DNA of 64,000 bases from an uncultured archaeon (GCA_963782915.1 CAWALK010000015.1:1-64000); one strand, 5' to 3'; positions 29,763 to 40,255 are shown, numbered from the stretch's first letter. Numbers and translations are program-made. The notes: generated by a model from the sequence alone, not told the origin.

Positions 29763-31126
29763 ATGAAGAATTTTAAGAACCCGGCATGGAAAGAACAAGT
29801 TTCCAAAGTAATCCAGCAAATACAAGAACAAGACATAAAATTCGTTAGGCTACAATTCACAGACATAAACGGATTCCTCAAAAACTTAGCCGTAAGCTCC
29901 AAAAACCTCGAAAGCATATTCGAAAACGGCCAATCATTCGACGGCTCCTCAATCACAGGATACCGACCCATCGAAGAATCCGACATGGTCCTCTACCCAG
30001 ACCCAACCACGTTTGCGGTACTGCCATGGAGACCCAAAGAAAAAGCCTCCGCCAGACTCATCTGCGACGTATACACACCACAGAACAAACGCTTCGAAGG
30101 CGACCCACGATACATCCTCGAACGCGCAGTCGAAAAAGCAGCCAAAGCCGGATACACATTCATCTGTGCCCCCGAACTCGAATTCTTCATAGTTAAAGAA
30201 AGCGAAAACGGCGGCTTACCAAAACCAATCGACCTAGCAGGCTACTTCGACGCTCACCCAGGAGACGTAACAGACGATCTCAGACGTGAAATCGCCGACT
30301 ACGCAGAAGCTTTCGGCATAGAAATCGAGATTAGCCACCACGAAGTCGCATTGGGCCAAAACGAAATCGACTTCAAATACGGCGAAGCACTGGAAACCGC
30401 TGACCGCGCAATCACCATGAAAATGTGCGGCAAAGTCGTCGCAGCACGCGCAGGCTACGTCACCACTTACATGCCAAAACCCTTCCAAGGCATCAACGGA
30501 TCAGGCATGCACGTACACATGAGCCTCTGGAACAAAGACATCACCACTAACCTGTTCTACCACGAAGACGCCAAAAACGGTTACCTATCCGACCTCGCAC
30601 GCAACTACATCGGCGGACAACTCGCTCACGGCCGAAAATGGCTGCAGTCCTTAACAGCTGGCCAAACAGCTACAAACGCCTCGTACCAGGCTACGAAGCA
30701 CCAGTCTACCTTGCATGGGCACACAAAAACCGCAGCCCACTCATCCGCGTACCAAACTTCGGCGGAAGAAAAACAGCTGCAAGATGCGAAATCCGCTGCC
30801 CAGACGGCTCAGGCAACCCATACCTACAATTCGCAGTCCTACTCGCCACAGGCTTAGACGGCATCAAAAACAAGATTGACCCAGGCGACCCAGTTGAACT
30901 CAACGTTTACCACATGAGCTATGAAGAACGCAAACAACGCGGCATCGTCAGCTTACCAGAAAACCTCAAGGAAGCACTCGACGAACTAGAAACCAGCGAG
31001 TTAATGCGCGAAACATTGGGCGAAACCACATACGAGAACTTCCTGCGTGAAAAACGCCGCGAATGGGATCAATACCGCATTCAGGTTACCGAGTGGGAAG
31101 TTAACCGCTACATCAAACGACTCTAA
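29763..31126 (+). CDS. glnA: Glutamine synthetase type I (frameshift ~30637)
   Basis: LQFTDING, FDGSSI, ESDM, PELEFF, HHEVA-GQNE, MPKPF-GINGSGMHVH, NSYKRLVPGYEAP and EIRCPD motifs. Confidence 0.95.
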
Positions 31127-31176
31127 AATTGAGAGGAGCCTTTTGGCTCTCCAAAAATTTTTTTCTTTAATTGTTT

Positions 31177-32452
31177 TTAGCTTTTTATTTTCTCAACTAA
31201 ATCTTTGATTGCAACGGTATTTTGCTGGCGATTAACCAAATCCTTGAGTACCACTGTGTCGTCTTTTAGTTCGCGTTCACCAACAATAACTGCAAAGTCC
31301 ACTTTGCGTTTGTCGGCGTCTTCGAGTGCTTTACCCATTTTTCTGCCCATAACCTCAAACTCCACCGCTATGCCTGCGCTGCGGAGTTGCTGGGCAATCT
31401 TGAGTGCCGCTGGCTTGAGGGTTTCTGTGATGGATGTTACCGCAACTCTTTTCCCCGCTTTTCCGCCGAGAACTGCTTTCTGTTCCTGCAATGCTATGGC
31501 GACTCGGTCGATGCCCTGTGCACAGCCGACTGCGGGTGTTGGTTCGCCGCCGAAGGCTTCTATTAAGCGGTCGTAGCGTCCGCCGCCGCCCAATGCAATG
31601 TCTAACTGGGGGATGTAGATTTCAAAAATCATGCCTGTGTAATATTCGAGTCCGCGTGCGAAGGCTGGTTCAACATTAATTGTTATGTCTGCGCTTTCTG
31701 CTATGAAGTTGAGGATTTCGCCGAGGTTGTCTGCGGCTGCCTTAGCTTTCTCGTAGCCCGCGACAAAGCCTTTGATTAGCTCGACTGTGTCACGCCAGTC
31801 TTTACCTCTAATCTCAATTAAACCCTCAAGCATGCCGCGGCATTTCTCGGATTCAACCAGTTTGAGCGCTGCATCGTACTCTTTCTTGTCCATCCGCTGC
31901 AATACCGCATTCTGGGTTTTTTCGTCAACGCCGTCTTGGCTTAGGATGCCTCGTATGACGCCTATGTGGCCGATTTTAAATGCGAATCCATTCATGCCTA
32001 AAGATGTCATTAAACTGTTAGTTAGTAAAACTATTTCTGCGTCCGCTTCGGGTTTAGCGGAACCCATTAATTCAAAGTTTGACTGCCAAAACTCGCGGTA
32101 TCTGCCGCGTTGGGGTTCATCATAACGGTACACTGTACCCACAGAGAACAAACGAAGCGGTTTAGGCTCGTTTCTGAGTGCAGTCGTGGTTAAACGTGCG
32201 ATTGAGGCCGTGAATTCCGGGCGCAATGCAACTTGGCGTTCGCCGAGGTCTTTGAAGATGAACATGCGTTGGCGGATTTCTTCCCCCGATTTAGCGCTAA
32301 GCAATTCAAGGGGCTCGACGTGGGGTGTTATGACTTCTTTGAAGCCATAGAGTTCTGCTGTTTCTCTTGCTTTAGCTATGATGGTAGGTGAAGGCTTGGG
32401 CTTCTTCGCCGATTAAATCTCTCATTCCGCGGACTGTTTGAAACGCTGGCAT
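31177..32452 (-). CDS. hisS: Histidine--tRNA ligase (N-terminus frameshifted)
   Basis: MPAFQTVRGMRD at 32452; LRPEFT, YRYDEPQRGRYREFWQ, RGLEYYTG and GGGRYD motifs. Confidence 0.95.
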
Positions 32453-32618
32453 GTAAGTGAGCTCCTGTGGATAGCATATTGATGGTGGGTTGTTCTTTTA
32501 AAACTCTCGCCTATTCTAAACGGCTACTTAGATCCAAAAAGGCAAATGGTTGTTTCATCATCGTTTTTCAATTAGTTTGCTGGCTTTAATCAATTTAGCT
32601 AAAAATCAGGGTTCACGT

Positions 32619-32651
32619 AAACCTTTAATGCATAAGACCGATATTTGCTAT
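32619..32651 (+). promoter_or_regulatory. Promoter (BRE/TATA-like) shared with 35144-35176
   Basis: AAACCTTTAATGCATAAGACCGATATTTGCTAT, ending 21 nt before the ATG; 27/33 identical to the second copy. Confidence 0.7.
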
Positions 32652-32672
32652 TGAAACTGAGAGTGTATGTAG

Positions 32673-34907
32673 ATGTTGTCTCGCTCAGCTATAGTTAAAC
32701 TCAAAGCTATCCTAATTATCGACTTAATCGTTATCGCCGCCGCTGCAGGCGCATACTTCTATCTCCTCAACGAAGGCGCCATAACCGGTGCCTCTAGACC
32801 CGCCACCTTAGCGTTATCTGCCTTTACGGTTAGTCCCCAAGAAGCCTACGTTGGCGATACTATCCAAATCACCGCTAACGTAACAAATACCGGGGACGTA
32901 ATCGGTAATGACACTTTTAATTTTGAAGTAAATGGGGTAGTGAAAGACACAACAAATCTCACGCTTGCAAGTGGCGATTCGCAAGAGATTGATTTTTCTG
33001 CGGTTGAAAATGATGCTGGGAACTATACGGTGAAAATCAGCAGTATATCCACAGATAATTCCATTTCAGGCTATTTCATACTAACGGAGCCTCCGCCGGA
33101 ATCGAGCAAAATAGTTCTCTCAAGCTTCAAATCGACCCCCTATGAAGGCTGGCCAGATACCCCAATCACCATAACTGCCACTGCACAGAATCCCTCGGCA
33201 GAAGCTGACCGCCTAATGGTTCGAGTAACAGTTGATAATGCAGTCGTGAACTCCACAGTCCTCGAAATGGCAGCTGGGGCAAGCCAAACAATAGAATTCA
33301 CAGTTAACGCGACCGCAGAGGGCAAACACACCGTTAAACTCAACAGCCTCACAGGGTCATTCATGATCGTAAAAGAAGGCTACCATACATTAACTATTAA
33401 CCGCTCAGGAGGCGGCTCAAAATCCTTACCTTTCACCCTCAACGGTGAAGAACATGGAACACCCTATCAGGCGCTTCTACCCATAGGTGAATACAGCATC
33501 TCAGTTCCAACTCCCTATAACGTTGGAACAGGTGTTTTGGAGTTTACCGCTTGGAGCGACGGCGTACGCGGTTCCTCTCGATCATTCACACTCGATAGCC
33601 GATTAATCCTAGTTTGCACTTACACCCTAATCAGCGGATATGCTTCCTGTCCATCACTCTACATATGGAATGGCACAGGCTACAGCTACATCACCGATGT
33701 ATCAAACACAGGTTGGTTAGGCTACATCGGCTACATTAACTCAGACGGAACAATCGTGCATCGCGGAGGAAACCCCTGGGACTATGTTAAACTCGACAAT
33801 AACATCTTAACCGCAAAAGACGGCTACTACGATGTTGCACTTTTCCAGCAATGGGACGAACTCTACTACTTAGACAACGCCTACATGGTAGCAGTTGATC
33901 ACCCAATCGGCACCGACGTATACTCAACCATGAACAGTTACCTAGCCAAAGGCAACACAGGAACCCTCTACACCGTAAACCAAACCAGCACCACATCGCC
34001 GATTTCTGCCACAAACGAAAAAGGCCAAAATGTCTTACCGCAAATTTCCTCGATTGACAGAGTCTTCACACCAGGCACCAACGGCTTTGCCAGCCCAGCA
34101 TGGAACAACATTAGCATAAACCAGTTAACATTAGATTTAGGCAACCTCTCTTCGGCTAACCAGATCAAGCTAGTAGTCAACGGCATGATCGATTGGGGCG
34201 ATGCTGGCATCTACTATAACTGGATAGATGCATTCAAAGCAGCAGCAGCCCAAGGATTAGTCGCCAATGGCACGGAAATTAACCCTGCGCCATACTTGGA
34301 AGTGCAGGCAGCCAATGGCACCTGGATAAAAGTGGATTACGCAATGCCTAACCCCTCAGACTTTAACGCAAGAACCTTCGTACTTGACTTAACAGGCCAA
34401 TTCCCCGCTGGTATAAGCGATTACAAAGTTAGAGTCAACAACTTCTTCAACGTAACATATGACTACATAGGCCTCGACGTAACCACCCAACAAAACATTA
34501 CCGTTCAAACAATCAACGCATCCAGCGCAACCCTTAGCCAAGTATGGGAAACACAATCAACCTCCAGCGGAGCATTCACACGCTACGGCGACGTGTCAGC
34601 ATTAGTACAAAACGCCGATGACATGTACGTGATAGGCAGACAAGGCGACCAAGTCAACCTACTCTTCCCAACCGCCAACCTTACAGCGCCAGCGGATGGC
34701 ATGGTACGCGACTATTTCATCTATGTTTCCTGCTGGTTTAAGGACCCGCCTGGAGCATGGGGATACGGCTTTAACTTCACCGTGGATTCACTGCCATTCA
34801 TGGGCATGAGCGGCTACCCATACCCGAGCAACGAAAGCTACCCCTACGACGCAGCACACCTAGCCTACATACAAGAATACAACACAAGAATATTCCCCCC
34901 AACCTAA
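32673..34907 (+). CDS. Large membrane-anchored surface protein (CARDB/Ig-like repeats plus 'SCPxLY-W-G' C-terminal domain)
   Basis: N-terminal TM, two CARDB-like units (ITANVTNTG; ITATAQN), then SCPSLYIWNG...FTRYGDV...GDQV-L-F...WFKD...LPF..M..YPY...YNTR. Confidence 0.8.
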   Translation: MLSRSAIVKLKAILIIDLIVIAAAAGAYFYLLNEGAITGASRPATLALSAFTVSPQEAYVGDTIQITANVTNTGDVIGNDTFNFEVNGVVKDTTNLTLASGDSQEIDFSAVENDAGNYTVKISSISTDNSISGYFILTEPPPESSKIVLSSFKSTPYEGWPDTPITITATAQNPSAEADRLMVRVTVDNAVVNSTVLEMAAGASQTIEFTVNATAEGKHTVKLNSLTGSFMIVKEGYHTLTINRSGGGSKSLPFTLNGEEHGTPYQALLPIGEYSISVPTPYNVGTGVLEFTAWSDGVRGSSRSFTLDSRLILVCTYTLISGYASCPSLYIWNGTGYSYITDVSNTGWLGYIGYINSDGTIVHRGGNPWDYVKLDNNILTAKDGYYDVALFQQWDELYYLDNAYMVAVDHPIGTDVYSTMNSYLAKGNTGTLYTVNQTSTTSPISATNEKGQNVLPQISSIDRVFTPGTNGFASPAWNNISINQLTLDLGNLSSANQIKLVVNGMIDWGDAGIYYNWIDAFKAAAAQGLVANGTEINPAPYLEVQAANGTWIKVDYAMPNPSDFNARTFVLDLTGQFPAGISDYKVRVNNFFNVTYDYIGLDVTTQQNITVQTINASSATLSQVWETQSTSSGAFTRYGDVSALVQNADDMYVIGRQGDQVNLLFPTANLTAPADGMVRDYFIYVSCWFKDPPGAWGYGFNFTVDSLPFMGMSGYPYPSNESYPYDAAHLAYIQEYNTRIFPPT

Positions 34908-34968
34908 ACCCATTTTTCTTTTTTTTAATTTCTTCTTTTCGCCATTAGCCAACTGCTTGCTTTTTGCT

Positions 34969-35072
34969 CCACAACCAGCCAGCAACACAACACAGGCGCA
35001 GACCAACAAAAGCAGCTCCCTGCCAAGTCCATTGGTAGTTGTTGTGTATAGGGGCTTTTTGGCAACAACTAA
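34969..35072 (+). repeat. Dispersed intergenic repeat, family B, copy 3
   Basis: CACAACCAGCCAGCAAC followed by the hairpin TAGTTGTTG...CAACAACTA. Confidence 0.6.
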
Positions 35073-35143
35073 CAAAGAAAAAACACCTACAATCCAATAA
35101 TCATCAAAATCAAAAAATTACTCTGCAGATTCCAGAAAAATGC

Positions 35144-35176
35144 AAACCTTAAATGCCTAAACCCATTATTTGCTAT
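35144..35176 (+). promoter_or_regulatory. Promoter shared with 32619-32651
   Basis: AAACCTTAAATGCCTAAACCCATTATTTGCTAT, ending 22 nt before ATG 35199. Confidence 0.7.
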
Positions 35177-35198
35177 AAAGCCCAACGAGAAAATCTGC

Positions 35199-35897
35199 AT
35201 GTCGTTGATACCTCAATTAGCTAATCCGTATTTGGATGCGTTTGTAGGCGGCTTGTTCTTTGGTTTAGCATATTGTACCGCTTCCTGTTTGCCCGTTGTG
35301 GCTGGTTACATTGCAGGTGTAGGCTCAGGTTTCAAGCAAAGCGTCAAAATTACCGTGATTTTCAATGGCGGACGAGTACTCGCTTACTCGTTGATTGGGG
35401 CAATTATTGGGTTATTCGGCGGTTTGCTGCGGGTCTTCGTTTCTGCAGACGCTATTTCGCCTTTTCAGATTTATTCATCCTTAGCTTTCGGTTTAGTTAC
35501 AGTTGCCATCGGCGTAGTGCTCATGTTCCAGGCAAGGAAATCCACCTGCAACTGCAGCGCTCCAGACGCTAAAGTTGCCCAAAGCAGAATGCGGCGTTTC
35601 GGAGTAGATTTCGGCGCTTTCTCATTGGGCTTCACCAGAGGCTTAATCGTTTGTGCACCGTTAATTTTGATACTCACTACCACAATGACTCTTGTAGAAC
35701 CCGCTGGCAGCGTGGCAATAGCGATTCTGTTTGGTTTAGGCACCGCAATCTCGCCTATGCTACTCTTAGGCGGAGTCACTGGATGGCTGCTAAACAAGGC
35801 ACCGCTCTTTCGCAAATGGACTGCGATAGCTGGCGGCGTCATCCTCATCGTGCTTGGGGTAGTTTCAGTGTATAGTTCCTTAATTCAAGTAATCTAG
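35199..35897 (+). CDS. DsbD_2 / cytochrome c biogenesis-like (TauE/SafE clan) membrane protein
   Basis: YCTASCLP, FNGGRVLAYSLIG, GLIVCAP and FGLGT motifs; about 6 TM. Confidence 0.8.
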   Translation: MSLIPQLANPYLDAFVGGLFFGLAYCTASCLPVVAGYIAGVGSGFKQSVKITVIFNGGRVLAYSLIGAIIGLFGGLLRVFVSADAISPFQIYSSLAFGLVTVAIGVVLMFQARKSTCNCSAPDAKVAQSRMRRFGVDFGAFSLGFTRGLIVCAPLILILTTTMTLVEPAGSVAIAILFGLGTAISPMLLLGGVTGWLLNKAPLFRKWTAIAGGVILIVLGVVSVYSSLIQVI

Positions 35898-35907
35898 GCG
35901 AACTGAT

Positions 35908-36891
35908 ATGGCTGGAGAAATAATCGGCGACATACTAAGATTAACCGTGTTAGCGGGGCTTGGAGTAGCGGGGATAGTGGCGATTCTGCTCTACAAAAAG
36001 AATCTTGCAACCCGCGTAACCTTCCTACGGTTCGTTATTCAAGCCGTTGCATTTGCCGCATTATTCTATGTTTTCTCCTACTCGATTCCATTGCTTTATG
36101 TGCTTTTGGTGGTGTTTGGGATGTCGCTGGTTCTGGGCAGATTCTACTGCGGTTGGCTATGTCCCTTCGGATTAATAATGGATATAGAAATCATGGTGCG
36201 AAAAGCGCTGAAAATCCGCCACCGAATAATCCCCGACAAACTAAACATAGCCCTCCACAAAAGCCGATACATCATACTGCTCGCATTCCTTTTAACGCCG
36301 CTTGTTTTGTGGATGCTTGAACCCAAAGAAATCATGGTTTCACCCATAATGGCCGAACTCCTAGCAGGTCACTACCGCCCATACAGCATCCTACTTGATC
36401 CTATGATTCCGTTTGTGGTGCCTTGGGCCGGAACAGCAGACGTTGCCATCGGCGGCATCAACTTCACCTATCCGTACGCCCAAAACATAATGACTTTTAT
36501 CGGCCAAGACATCGGCTTATTCTTAGCCATAGCCTTCGTCGCTGCCACGCTCGTAGGAGGCTTTTTGGTTAGGCGGGTTTGGTGCCGCTTCTGCCCCACA
36601 GGCGCATCCCTAGCAGCCATCAACCAGTTCAAGGGTTTTAAGGCAGTTCCCCTGCTATATGTAGAGAAAGACGAAGAAAAATGCACCAAATGCGGCGTAT
36701 GCAAACGCGTCTGCACCGTCCAAGTCAACGAACCCTACGATCAAAAAGGCGGAAAAATCGGCACTTCACAATGCATGCTCTGCGCAAGATGCGTAGAAAT
36801 GTGTCCCTACGAAGATGCGCTCAAAATAAAGTTGGGTAACAAAACCGTGTTTCATTCAAGAAACTGGTTAGAACCATCGAAGAGTGAATGA
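35908..36891 (+). CDS. NapH/MauN-type membrane 4Fe-4S binding protein
   Basis: GRFYCGWLCPFG, RRVWCRFCPTG, CTKCGVCKRVC and CMLCARCVEMCP motifs. Confidence 0.9.
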   Translation: MAGEIIGDILRLTVLAGLGVAGIVAILLYKKNLATRVTFLRFVIQAVAFAALFYVFSYSIPLLYVLLVVFGMSLVLGRFYCGWLCPFGLIMDIEIMVRKALKIRHRIIPDKLNIALHKSRYIILLAFLLTPLVLWMLEPKEIMVSPIMAELLAGHYRPYSILLDPMIPFVVPWAGTADVAIGGINFTYPYAQNIMTFIGQDIGLFLAIAFVAATLVGGFLVRRVWCRFCPTGASLAAINQFKGFKAVPLLYVEKDEEKCTKCGVCKRVCTVQVNEPYDQKGGKIGTSQCMLCARCVEMCPYEDALKIKLGNKTVFHSRNWLEPSKSE

Positions 36892-38233
36892 GGAACAAGA
36901 AATGAAAAACCAACTCCCCGAAAGAAGATACATGCCTGAAGTCTCCAAGAAAGAAATCGATGAATTAAAAAACACCATGAAAGCTGCATCGCAAAAAGTC
37001 ATAGCTGACAACATAGCGCAAATGAAAAAAGCTGACCCACACCGCCCCGACGCTATGAAGTACTTTGATGACATCGCCAACTTGTTCGGTAAACGCCAAG
37101 AAGAAATCGCAGCTGAGAAAGCTAAGGGCAAAAAAGTCATCGGTTACATGTGCCTCTTTGCACCCACCGAACTCATCAGCGCCGCAGACGCCATCCCAGT
37201 CCGAGTCAACTCCGGTTGGTATGACACTTCAAAACTCGGCGACCGCGTCGTCCCCGTCGAAGTATGCCCAGTTATCCGCTCAACGATCGGCGCAAAAATG
37301 ATTGAACTCTCACCCTTCATGGAGCAAAGCGACGCCCTAATCAGCGTCTTAACATGCGATGGCATGACTAAACTCAGCGAAATCTTGGGTGACTCTAAAA
37401 CTGTTTGGGGCATGAATGTTCCGCGCATAAAAGATTCCGCCCAGTCGCTTCGGTTCTGGAGTGACGAAATCAAGCATATGAAAAAACAAATTGAGGAGTT
37501 CACTGGTAACAAGATTGACCGTAAAAGCCTAAAAGGAGCCATCGAAACCAGCCACCGCGCCACCAAAGCCTTCCGCCGACTTCAAGAACTGCGCAAGGGC
37601 AACCCGGTTATCATGGGCAGAGACGCCATGCTTGTTAATCAGGCTTATAGTTGGGATGATAAGGTGCGTTGGACTGAGAACGCTGAAAAACTCTGCACTG
37701 AACTCGAAGCGAGGGCTGAACGTAAAGATTGGGTTTGCAGCACCGATACGCCAAGAGTCATGGTTACGGGTACACCGATGTTTTGGCCAGACAACTGGAA
37801 ACTACCCACACTCGTCGAAGAAGGCAACCCGCCGGGCATCATCGTTGCTGATGAGCAATGCAGCGGCGAACGCATCTTAAACGACCCCATCGGCGTAGAC
37901 GAATGGTCCATGGATGACATGTTAAACGCAATGAGCGAACGCTACCTCATGGCATCCACGTGCCCATGCTTTACGAGCAAAGACGGCAACGAAGACCGCA
38001 TCAACTGGCTACTAAACAAAGTCAAAGACTGGAACGTCCAAGGCGTCATCTACTACGTAGTCCGAGGCTGCATGCTCTACGCAATGGAATACACCCGCGT
38101 AAAGAAAGCGCTGGACAAAATTAATGTCCCCGTTTACTATTTGGATACAGAATATACCCGTGAAGACGTTGGGCAAATGAAGACCCGTGTTGAGGCTTTC
38201 CTTGAAATGCTCAACGCAAGAGTCGATATTTAA
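36884..38233 (+). CDS. Double-cubane cluster protein-like anaerobic reductase (2-hydroxyacyl-CoA dehydratase/HgdB superfamily)
   Basis: RPDAMKYFD...KKVIGYMC, EVCP, LTCDG, DEQCSG, TCPCF, RGC and QMKTRVEAFLEM. Six Cys fall at DCCP-like positions. Confidence 0.8.
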   Translation: MNEEQEMKNQLPERRYMPEVSKKEIDELKNTMKAASQKVIADNIAQMKKADPHRPDAMKYFDDIANLFGKRQEEIAAEKAKGKKVIGYMCLFAPTELISAADAIPVRVNSGWYDTSKLGDRVVPVEVCPVIRSTIGAKMIELSPFMEQSDALISVLTCDGMTKLSEILGDSKTVWGMNVPRIKDSAQSLRFWSDEIKHMKKQIEEFTGNKIDRKSLKGAIETSHRATKAFRRLQELRKGNPVIMGRDAMLVNQAYSWDDKVRWTENAEKLCTELEARAERKDWVCSTDTPRVMVTGTPMFWPDNWKLPTLVEEGNPPGIIVADEQCSGERILNDPIGVDEWSMDDMLNAMSERYLMASTCPCFTSKDGNEDRINWLLNKVKDWNVQGVIYYVVRGCMLYAMEYTRVKKALDKINVPVYYLDTEYTREDVGQMKTRVEAFLEMLNARVDI

Positions 38234-38247
38234 GGTGAAATGAAATA

Positions 38248-39031
38248 GTGATTACCGTTGGAATGGACCTTGGAACGCAGCGAGTAAAAGCTGTTGTCCT
38301 AAAAGATGGGGCTGTTGTTGGAAGGGGGCAAGCGTTTTCAGGGTTTGACCCCACAAAAGCAGCCGAAGACGCAGTCAACCAAGCCCTAAACGCAGCCAAC
38401 CTCAAACTCTCTGATGTACAACACTTCTCAGCCACAGGCTCAGCCATGGAAATGGCGCCCTACAAAAACAGCACCGTATCCATGATGGGTGCAGACGCAA
38501 AAGCAGGCGTCCACCTAATCCCAAAAGCCCGAACAATAATCGATGTCGGCGCAGAAGAAGCCCGAGCAGTCAAATGCGACGAAAAAGGCGCCATGATCGG
38601 ACTTCGTAGTTAACGAACGCTGTGCGGCAGGGGCAGGCGCATTCATCGAAGCCATGGCACGCGCACTCGAAGTTAAACTCGAAGACATGGGCCCACTTGC
38701 AGTCACGGCACAACGCGCCAGCCCAATCAACGCTTCATGCGTCATATTCGGCGAATCCGACGTAGTCTCGCTTATCCACCGCCAAGAACCCAAATCCGAA
38801 ATCGCCCGAGCCGTCTTCGACGCCATGGCAGACCGCATCTCATCGATGATTCACCGCTTAGGCGTAAACCCCGAAGTAGTCTTGGTCGGCGGCGTCGCCA
38901 AAGACGAAGGCTTCATAGCATCACTAAACCGCAAACTCGGCTTAACCGTGCAAATTCCAGATTACCCCGATTACGTCGGTGCATTAGGCGCCGCCTTAAT
39001 TGCAGCAACCCGCGTTAAAGGAGGCGCTTAA
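38248..39031 (+). CDS. ATP-dependent activase, BcrAD/BadFG family, BzdP-like (frameshift ~38595)
   Basis: ITVGMDLG, IIDVGAEE, NERCAAGAGAF, NASCVIFGES and VGALGAA motifs. Confidence 0.85.
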
Positions 39032-39942
39032 ATGAACGGCAACGGCGCAGTCAAAGACGAGTTTTGGCGTTGGCAAGAATACCACCGCATAATGCCCAAC
39101 ATAAAATGGAGCAGCAAAGACATCATCACCGCAGGCGTCGATGTCGGCTCAGTCGGTTCCAAAGCAGCCATCATGGTTAATGGGCAAGCTTACAGTTGGG
39201 GCATCACCCGCACAGGCAGCAACAGTCCTGAGAGCGCAAGCAAAGCCCTTAGTTTCGCATTGCAGGACACAGGCTTAAAAGCCAGCGACCTCAAATATCA
39301 TCGTCGGCACAGGCTACGGACGCGTCAACGTGCCCATGGCAAACAAAGCCATAACCGAAATCGCCTGCCACGCAAAAGGCGCAAACTACATCTGGGGACC
39401 CAGCAGTGCGCACCGTACTTGATGTCGGCGGACAGGACATTAAAGCCATAAAAATCGACGAAACAGGCAGAGTCGTCAGCTTCCTCATGAACGACAAATG
39501 CGCTGCAGGCACAGGCAGAGGCATGGAAGTCTTCGCAGACCTACTCCAAATCCCCATCGAAGACATCGGCGACATCTCACTCAAAGTCGAAAAAGAACCC
39601 GACCCCGTAAGCTGCACATGCGTCGCATTCGCCAAAACCGAAGCCATGGGACTTTTGCGCAAAGGCTGGACCAAAGAAAAAGTCTTAGCCGCATACACAC
39701 GCGCAATGGCAGTACGCATGGCAAACCTAATCAACCGAGTCGGCTTAGAACCAGAACTCGTCGTCACAGGCGGACAATCCAAAAACATCGGCATAGTCAG
39801 CCGCATCGAAGTAATCCTGGGCACTAAATGCCTGCCAACACCAAGATGGCGAGAAGAAGGCGCCCTGGACCCCATGGTTGCAGGCGCACTGGGCGCAGCA
39901 TCATTTGCCAAAGCACTATACGACAAAGCACAAAAAACTTAG
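39032..39942 (+). CDS. ATP-dependent activase, BzdQ-like (two frameshifts ~39297, ~39400)
   Basis: EFWRW...IITAGVDVGSV...RTGSNSPESA, TGYGR, EIACH, LDVGGQD, MNDKCAAGTGR and SCTCVAFA motifs. Confidence 0.85.
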
Positions 39943-39954
39943 GGTGAATGGGCA

Positions 39955-40255
39955 ATGATCACGCATTACGGCTACATCGACGGTTCAGGCGAATACTACA
40001 TAGTAGTAGACTCCGACAAGTGCATTGGCTGCGGCAAATGCGTGGAGGTTTGCCCCCAAAAAGCCCTTGTTTTAGTTACTGAATTTATTGATTTAGAAGA
40101 CAAAACCGTAGCAGCCAGTATCTGAGGAGCACCGCAAAAAAATCAGCTACACTTGCCAAGCCTGCAAACCCGAAAGCGGCCAAACACCCTGCGTTTTAGC
40201 ATGCGGAGCAAAAGCCATAAAATGCGTTTGGAACCCAAAAAGCTCTGGATCATAA
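39955..40255 (+). CDS. 2x[4Fe-4S] ferredoxin, BzdM-like (frameshift ~40115)
   Basis: Manual translation MITHYGYIDGSGEYYIVVDSDKCIGCGKCVEVCP...HRKKISYTCQACKP...PCVLAC; not in the ORF track. Confidence 0.85.

Noticed and set aside
36884-39942. Calling the operon a canonical benzoyl-CoA reductase or 2-hydroxyglutaryl-CoA dehydratase
   Set aside because: Only one catalytic-type subunit is present, with DCCP-like features, and there are no CoA-pathway genes nearby.
40110-40125. In-frame TGA in the ferredoxin (and TAA near 41016) as recoding or selenocysteine
   Set aside because: The homologous sequence resumes in another frame, or the codon sits at a non-Cys position; consistent with sequencing error.
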